A stretch of 64,000 nucleotides of DNA from Verrucomicrobiota bacterium (GTDB taxonomy: Bacteria; Verrucomicrobiota; Lentisphaeria; JABSQK01; JAJFLO01), in assembly GCA_021772675.1 (NCBI GenBank), contig JAJFLO010000068.1:5429-69428 (forward strand), in the 5' to 3' direction. The position numbers and the translations under genes were made by a program. Below are positions 58,504 to 64,000 of this stretch, piece by piece. The notes beneath the pieces are model-generated. The model saw only the letters and a list, made by a program, of their open reading frames with translations. It had not been told where the DNA came from and did not search any database. Each line of letters begins with the position of its first letter. The stretch's first letter is position 1.

Positions 58504-60450
58504 ATGGACAATAATAGAACAAATACAGTTGCACCGTCCCCAAGTGGTTCAACAATAGACATTATGGACTACTGGTGGATTTTACGTCGCCGATACCGCT
58601 TAGTCTTATCCATATTCCTTATCATTTTCGCATTATCCATTGTTTTGACAACAGAAGAAAAAGCAGTATTTGAATCGTCATGCTTGCTTAGCATCTCTTC
58701 CCGTAAACCAATGGCATCTATTAGCGGAACTAATATCCAGTGGTATGGCATGGGGAAAACCGATCTCTCAGCTGAGCTAAAAATGATTGTTCACGATGAG
58801 AATATACTTAATAATACCCTTGAAAAATTAAAAGCCATGATAAAATCTGGCACAGTTAGCATTGGTATTGATGAGAAGTCATACATTACAAATTTAACAC
58901 TCACAAATTTGAAGAGTAGCATCAGAACCGAGAAACAAACCGGAAGCGATTTAGTATCAATTATTATACGAGGACCCTACGCAAACTATACACAATTTGC
59001 GGCAAATTCGCTTGCTCAAGTATATAGGAGTGAATTTGCCAAAGCAAAAACAAATGAAGCATTGGAAACAAAGCAATTTATTGACGAACAGCTCACTGAT
59101 CGAAAAGGAAATTTAAAATCAGTTAATTTGAAAATGGAAACATCTTCGAAACGAATAGCAATAAAAGGATCAACTGATGTTTACCAGGAAGAACTATCAC
59201 ATTTAAAAATTGAGTTGTCCAAAGCAAAAGAGCGCTACACGGATAAACATCCCAAAATAAGAAAGATATTAAACCAAATTAATGTCATAACTGTTGAACT
59301 CAAAAAATACCCTAAAGATCAATTATCACATGATGAAATTGTTTACAAGCAAGATATTTTAAAATCGATGATAAAAACACTCCAAGAATTATCCATTAAA
59401 GCCGATATTGAGTATAAGCAGAAAAAAGAAAAAGCTTTAGATGAAATTCAAATAATTGAGGAAGCCCAACTAGGCCAAAATTTATCAAAAAGTAATCGCA
59501 ATATTAATTTGTTAATTTCAGCATTTTTTGCACTTTTAGTTGGAGCAGTAACTGCATTCATATGGGAAGGAATGGATACTTCAATAGGGAAAATTGAAGA
59601 TGTCGAAAGAATAACTAATTTTTCTGTTATCGCCCATATTCCATTGATTGGCCCCAAGGAAAATCGCAATGGTATTTATACGTTTTTTACTAGAAAAACT
59701 CCCCCAAGGCAACTTGAAAATAAAATATTATATAATTTCGATAACAAATCAGTCGCAGCCGAAGCTTATAGAACACTTAGAACAAATATTCAGTTTGCAA
59801 CCATGAATTCTCCTGAAAATAAAGTGTTAGCAATTACCAGCTCAAGTCCAGCTGAAGGAAAAACACTGACGTCAACAAATCTATCGTTGGCAATTTCTCA
59901 AATGGGAAAACAGATTTTATTAATAGAGGCAGATTTAAGGCGCCCGCAGCTATCTTCGATCTTTAAAGTTGATACCAAACCGGGACTGTCAGACGTTTTA
60001 ATAGGTTCAGTCAATCCAGACCAGGCAATCAGAACAGCGACTGATATTCTTGTGGGATCGACTGACTGGGACAAGATTGTTGGTGAACACAGTATAGATA
60101 ATCTTAATATTTTGCCTGCTGGAACGATTGCACCAAACCCCACAGAACTTGTTGCATCATCAACATTTAAGTCATTGATAGATTCGTTAAAAGATAGATA
60201 CGATTATATAATTATTGATACTCCCCCTGTTTTACCGGTTGCAGATGCAAGTATCATTGCATCAATGACAGACGGGACCATCTTTATTTATCAATCAAAT
60301 ACCACTTCTCGCCACCTACTTCTACGAGCAATTGGTACTCTCCAAAAAAACCATGCGAATATTATTGGTATTGTAATAAACCAACTTTCATACGACGTCA
60401 TTTTACCTAAATCGTATTATGGCGGGTATGGCTATAGCTATGGTTATTAG
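58504..60450 (+). CDS. Polysaccharide co-polymerase / BY-kinase (Wzc family)
   Basis: Wzz-like periplasmic part, EAYRTLRTN, SPAEGKT, EADLRRP, IDTPP, Tyr-rich tail YYGGYGYSYGY. Confidence 0.93.
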   Translation: MDNNRTNTVAPSPSGSTIDIMDYWWILRRRYRLVLSIFLIIFALSIVLTTEEKAVFESSCLLSISSRKPMASISGTNIQWYGMGKTDLSAELKMIVHDENILNNTLEKLKAMIKSGTVSIGIDEKSYITNLTLTNLKSSIRTEKQTGSDLVSIIIRGPYANYTQFAANSLAQVYRSEFAKAKTNEALETKQFIDEQLTDRKGNLKSVNLKMETSSKRIAIKGSTDVYQEELSHLKIELSKAKERYTDKHPKIRKILNQINVITVELKKYPKDQLSHDEIVYKQDILKSMIKTLQELSIKADIEYKQKKEKALDEIQIIEEAQLGQNLSKSNRNINLLISAFFALLVGAVTAFIWEGMDTSIGKIEDVERITNFSVIAHIPLIGPKENRNGIYTFFTRKTPPRQLENKILYNFDNKSVAAEAYRTLRTNIQFATMNSPENKVLAITSSSPAEGKTLTSTNLSLAISQMGKQILLIEADLRRPQLSSIFKVDTKPGLSDVLIGSVNPDQAIRTATDILVGSTDWDKIVGEHSIDNLNILPAGTIAPNPTELVASSTFKSLIDSLKDRYDYIIIDTPPVLPVADASIIASMTDGTIFIYQSNTTSRHLLLRAIGTLQKNHANIIGIVINQLSYDVILPKSYYGGYGYSYGY

Positions 60451-60507
60451 TCCAAGTATCACCTAATCCACCACTCCTAAATATTGATTTCAAAAGGATT
60501 ATACTCT

Positions 60508-61005
60508 ATGCCAATTTATGAATTTTATTGTTCAAATTGTCATACCCTTTACAACTTCTTGTCAAGAAAAATTGATACAAAAAAAATTCCTTCTTGCCCA
60601 GAATGTAACAAATTTGAACTAGAGAAAAAAATTTCTTTGTTTTCAATATCTAAAGGATTAAGTGAAAACGAAGATGTTAGTTTGCCTAACATTGATGAGT
60701 CCAAAATGGAAAAAGTAATCCACGATTTAGCAGGTGAGGCTGACACGATCAATGAAAACGATCCCAAACAGGTTGGGAAATTAATGCGCAAGTTGTATAA
60801 TTCCACTGGCCTCAGTCTCGGCCCTGGCATGGAAGAAGCAATTCTAAGATTAGAAACGGGCGAAGATCCTGACAAAATCGAACACGAGCTTGGTGATGTT
60901 ATAGAAAGTGAAGATCCATTTTCATCAAGCATTAAGTCAACGATTAAATCAATTGCAAAAAAGTCTTTACCTCCTAATATTGATGAAACACTTTATGAAA
61001 TGTAA
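60508..61005 (+). CDS. FmdB-family zinc ribbon protein
   Basis: MPIYEFYCSNC...CPEC. Confidence 0.85.
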   Translation: MPIYEFYCSNCHTLYNFLSRKIDTKKIPSCPECNKFELEKKISLFSISKGLSENEDVSLPNIDESKMEKVIHDLAGEADTINENDPKQVGKLMRKLYNSTGLSLGPGMEEAILRLETGEDPDKIEHELGDVIESEDPFSSSIKSTIKSIAKKSLPPNIDETLYEM

Positions 61006-61029
61006 AAATCAAATTAAGAATCAGTATCA

Positions 61030-62448
61030 GTGAAATCACTATTTGATCAACGCCTCAAATCCACGAACCTCCTTTCTCTCTCATTAGTATTTTTAGCTTG
61101 TCCACTTTTTGTATACGGTTCAAGCAACCTAATTTCAAATCAACAATCCTTGAAATTCTTAATTTTTGCCTCGTTTCTATTGGCAGTTGTTACATTTTTC
61201 TATCCTAAAGTAGGTTTAGCAATTATGTTAATTTCAATGCTATTCGCCACTGACGTCCCAGTAGGCGAGGGAGGGGAAACCACTAGAAATAGGTCTGTTT
61301 CGATAAGAGCTGAGGACTTATTATTAATTATAATCTCTGGAGGATGGCTTATTCGACAGGCTGTGACCCGGTCATTATCAAACCTAAAAAATGTTCCTGC
61401 CAATAAACCCATTTTTTGCATGGTGCTAATTATGTTATTAGCATCATCATTCGGATATATTCAGGGTACGACTCCCTTATATCGAGGCTTTTTTTTTACA
61501 ATGAAACGAATTGAGTATTTTTGGATATTTTTTATGACCATTAATATTTTGGATACACAAGAAGAAGGGAAAACATGTGTAAAACTATTATTGGGAAGTG
61601 CGATTATAATTGCACTGCTTGGTATTATTCAACAGATATTATTCCCCGTTGCCGGGGGTATAACAACTACTGCGGGATACGGTAGAGCAAACACCTTAGG
61701 TAGTTTTCTATTAATCGTAATTGGCATCTCTCTGGGGGTATATTTATACGAACAATCTAAAAAAAGCATTTTACTTTTTTTACTCTTTTTGGTCTTATTT
61801 GCAACCTTGATTTTCACAAAATCTCGTGGCGCCTATGTAAGCGTAATTCCCGTTATTTTTGTACTAGGTTACATAACAAAAAGTAGGCGTTTTATTAACA
61901 TTATCGTTTTGGCGTTAATAACCATTACGGGTTTAGCAACAATGGATATCTTTTTTTCAGGAAAATTAAAAATATTGTCACAAATCCATTCTGATGATTT
62001 TGGCCAACAATTCCAGTCTATTTCAGACGTTGCAACCAAAGGAGTTAAAGCAGATTCATCATTAGATGCACGTGTCAGCTTTTGGAAAGGCTCAATTCCT
62101 GAAATGATTAAATATCCATTATTAGGTAAGGGGGTAGGCTCCATTGGATTAGGAACTGCGGATAACCAATATATTCGAGAGATATTAGAAACTGGTTTTA
62201 TTGGTTTGATATGTTTTCTTTATATGAACTATATAATTGCGAAAACTACGTTGGATTTATTCAGAATCGCTAACGATTCTGTTATAAAAGGATTTGCCGT
62301 AGGATTTTTCAGTGGTCATGTAGGAATGCTAATTCATGCTATGACTATATCAAACTTCTACACAATTCTTACAATGGAGGTTTTTTGGTTTGTAACTGCG
62401 TTGATAATGTTATTCCACTACAACTATCAGGATTACACAACGAGTTAG
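61030..62448 (+). CDS. O-antigen ligase / Wzy-like polymerase
   Basis: ANTLG, FTKSRGAY, PLLGKGVG, DNQY...L.ETGFIGL; many TM helices. Confidence 0.85.
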   Translation: MKSLFDQRLKSTNLLSLSLVFLACPLFVYGSSNLISNQQSLKFLIFASFLLAVVTFFYPKVGLAIMLISMLFATDVPVGEGGETTRNRSVSIRAEDLLLIIISGGWLIRQAVTRSLSNLKNVPANKPIFCMVLIMLLASSFGYIQGTTPLYRGFFFTMKRIEYFWIFFMTINILDTQEEGKTCVKLLLGSAIIIALLGIIQQILFPVAGGITTTAGYGRANTLGSFLLIVIGISLGVYLYEQSKKSILLFLLFLVLFATLIFTKSRGAYVSVIPVIFVLGYITKSRRFINIIVLALITITGLATMDIFFSGKLKILSQIHSDDFGQQFQSISDVATKGVKADSSLDARVSFWKGSIPEMIKYPLLGKGVGSIGLGTADNQYIREILETGFIGLICFLYMNYIIAKTTLDLFRIANDSVIKGFAVGFFSGHVGMLIHAMTISNFYTILTMEVFWFVTALIMLFHYNYQDYTTS

Positions 62449-62471
62449 GCAATAGTCCATGTTCAAATTAT

Positions 62472-64000
62472 CTAAAACCGACTTTTCCCAGTTCTAACGG
62501 TACCCTGAAAATCATAAATGTCTGTGATAAATTCCATCCAAGTAGTGAAAAATCCTGTGAATCGACCAAATTTACTGATTTTGACCTCAGGTATATAAAT
62601 AATATCTCCTTGTTGTAAAATAATATTTTCGCCTAAATCTCCCTTAAACAATTTAGTTAGATCTTTAATTATGACATTGCGTTTATCTAGAACCCCACCG
62701 CGAAAAATAGCCGCTTGGGCGGTGAATTTTCCAGTCGAAGTAAGATCTCCTGCACGCGCGAGTACATCAATTAGACTAAGTTCTCTTGTAAGAGGTATTG
62801 CCTGTGGGCTACTAACTTCACCAAAAACGTATACTTGTGATAGGGTTGCTTCAGGTATATAAATAAAATCATTTGCTTTTACTATAAGATTATATTTCAT
62901 TACTCCCCCCTGTAACAAATCCTGAAAATCAACATCAAGAGGGTTGCCATCTCGAAGTATATAAGACGCCTTTAAATTAGCCAATACATCACCACTGAAA
63001 TCGGGCCTGAATAATAATCCTCCTGCTTTTGCAATCATATCAAGAATTTTATCGCCCTCATCGACAAAGTATCGGCCAGAGTTGCTTACAGCCCCTATGA
63101 TTGAAATTTTATCATTCCTCTCTGGAACATAAATAAAATCATCATCTAATACCTCCAAGTTGGTTGTCATATCTTTTTCATTTAAAATGGAATCTAAGTT
63201 TATATCATGATATTTTTGCCCTCGTTTAAGATACGCTTTATTCCAATTTGCATTGTCCTCCACTCCTCCAGATTTAATAAAGACGTCCAAAATTCTGTCC
63301 CCACTACCCAATGAAATCAAACCAGGGTTAACAACGGCTCCCAATACCTTTGCAAATCCTATATTTTCAGTTCGGGTTAGTGATTTCGGTGGTAAAAAGA
63401 TAACATCACCATCCCTTAGTTGAATATTATCAGAAATATCCTGACCATTTAATAGTGATTCAAAATCTATATCTATCCCTTTTCCATCCCGAAAGAGTTT
63501 ACATTTAGAGAAATCTGCCAATATGGTATTATCTTTACCATACAAAAGTCCTTGTGTTGCAGCGATCATCTCAATAATACGATCACCTGTATCGATTTCG
63601 TAGCGCCCAGGATATCTAACAGCCCCTCGGATAATCACGTGATGTTTTGATCCTCTGGATAAGGTATCAGGATCGATATTTACCCTTGGATCGTGATAAA
63701 ACGTCGATAATCGTTTCTCAATTTCATCTGCTAATTCACCAAATGTTTTATTTATTGCACGAACATTACCAATCAATACGTAATTCACATTTCCGTCTGG
63801 TAAAACTGAAACTGTTTTATTCATGTCTTCTTCATCAAATACAGAAATGGTAATTCTATCTCCTCGTTTTAGACGGTAAATTTTAGGTGATAAATCTTCT
63901 TGCAGTAATAATGATTCTGCACTTTCGGCAATTGATTGTTTTGGGATATTTTCTGCGGCATTCTCTGGATCAGTTTTTCCGATATTGGTTGATTGCGAAA
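62472..64000 (-). CDS. Polysaccharide export protein (Wza/SLBB repeats), 5'-partial
   Basis: Frame open to window end; YRLKRGDRITISVF...V.PDG poly_export motif and repeated SLBB units (GAV..PG.Y...GD...D.IA.AGG). Confidence 0.9.
   Translation of the reverse strand, partial: SQSTNIGKTDPENAAENIPKQSIAESAESLLLQEDLSPKIYRLKRGDRITISVFDEEDMNKTVSVLPDGNVNYVLIGNVRAINKTFGELADEIEKRLSTFYHDPRVNIDPDTLSRGSKHHVIIRGAVRYPGRYEIDTGDRIIEMIAATQGLLYGKDNTILADFSKCKLFRDGKGIDIDFESLLNGQDISDNIQLRDGDVIFLPPKSLTRTENIGFAKVLGAVVNPGLISLGSGDRILDVFIKSGGVEDNANWNKAYLKRGQKYHDINLDSILNEKDMTTNLEVLDDDFIYVPERNDKISIIGAVSNSGRYFVDEGDKILDMIAKAGGLLFRPDFSGDVLANLKASYILRDGNPLDVDFQDLLQGGVMKYNLIVKANDFIYIPEATLSQVYVFGEVSSPQAIPLTRELSLIDVLARAGDLTSTGKFTAQAAIFRGGVLDKRNVIIKDLTKLFKGDLGENIILQQGDIIYIPEVKISKFGRFTGFFTTWMEFITDIYDFQGTVRTGKSRF

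Overview
AT-rich bacterial window, most consistent with a PVC-superphylum organism such as Lentisphaerota. This is inferred from the MoxR/VWA/DUF58/BatA cluster, a type IV pilin-like N-methylation protein and REC-Ser/Thr kinase fusions. Left end (1-8.1 kb): accessory zone with an EEP nuclease, DUF900 hydrolase, SAM-methyltransferase and a REP-associated tyrosine transposase (RAYT). It also holds a ~2.5 kb integrase-less cassette graveyard (attC sites, two group IIC-attC intron 5' remnants, toxin-antitoxin remnants, a DUF6883/DUF4926-like cassette) bracketed by a ~520 bp duplicated 3' end of the neighbouring VWA gene. Next come an 8-gene MoxR-VWA-ABC operon, bcp-cupredoxin-adenylate cyclase, a pseudopilin, gatCAB, lgt and rluD. 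An uncharacterised 10 kb four-gene envelope operon follows (lipoprotein, ~1574 aa coiled-coil lipoprotein, 1372 aa multipass membrane protein, DUF1353), flanked by a MITE and a REP doublet; this is the best candidate for an undescribed system. The right part has an LD-carboxypeptidase, an asnB-like gene with a clear sigma-54 promoter, a two-component/Ser-Thr kinase cluster and EPS export genes (DegT, Wzc, Wzy/WaaL, Wza). Intergenic gaps are filled with nested MITEs and REP elements of several families. All family calls come from motif recognition, not database searches.
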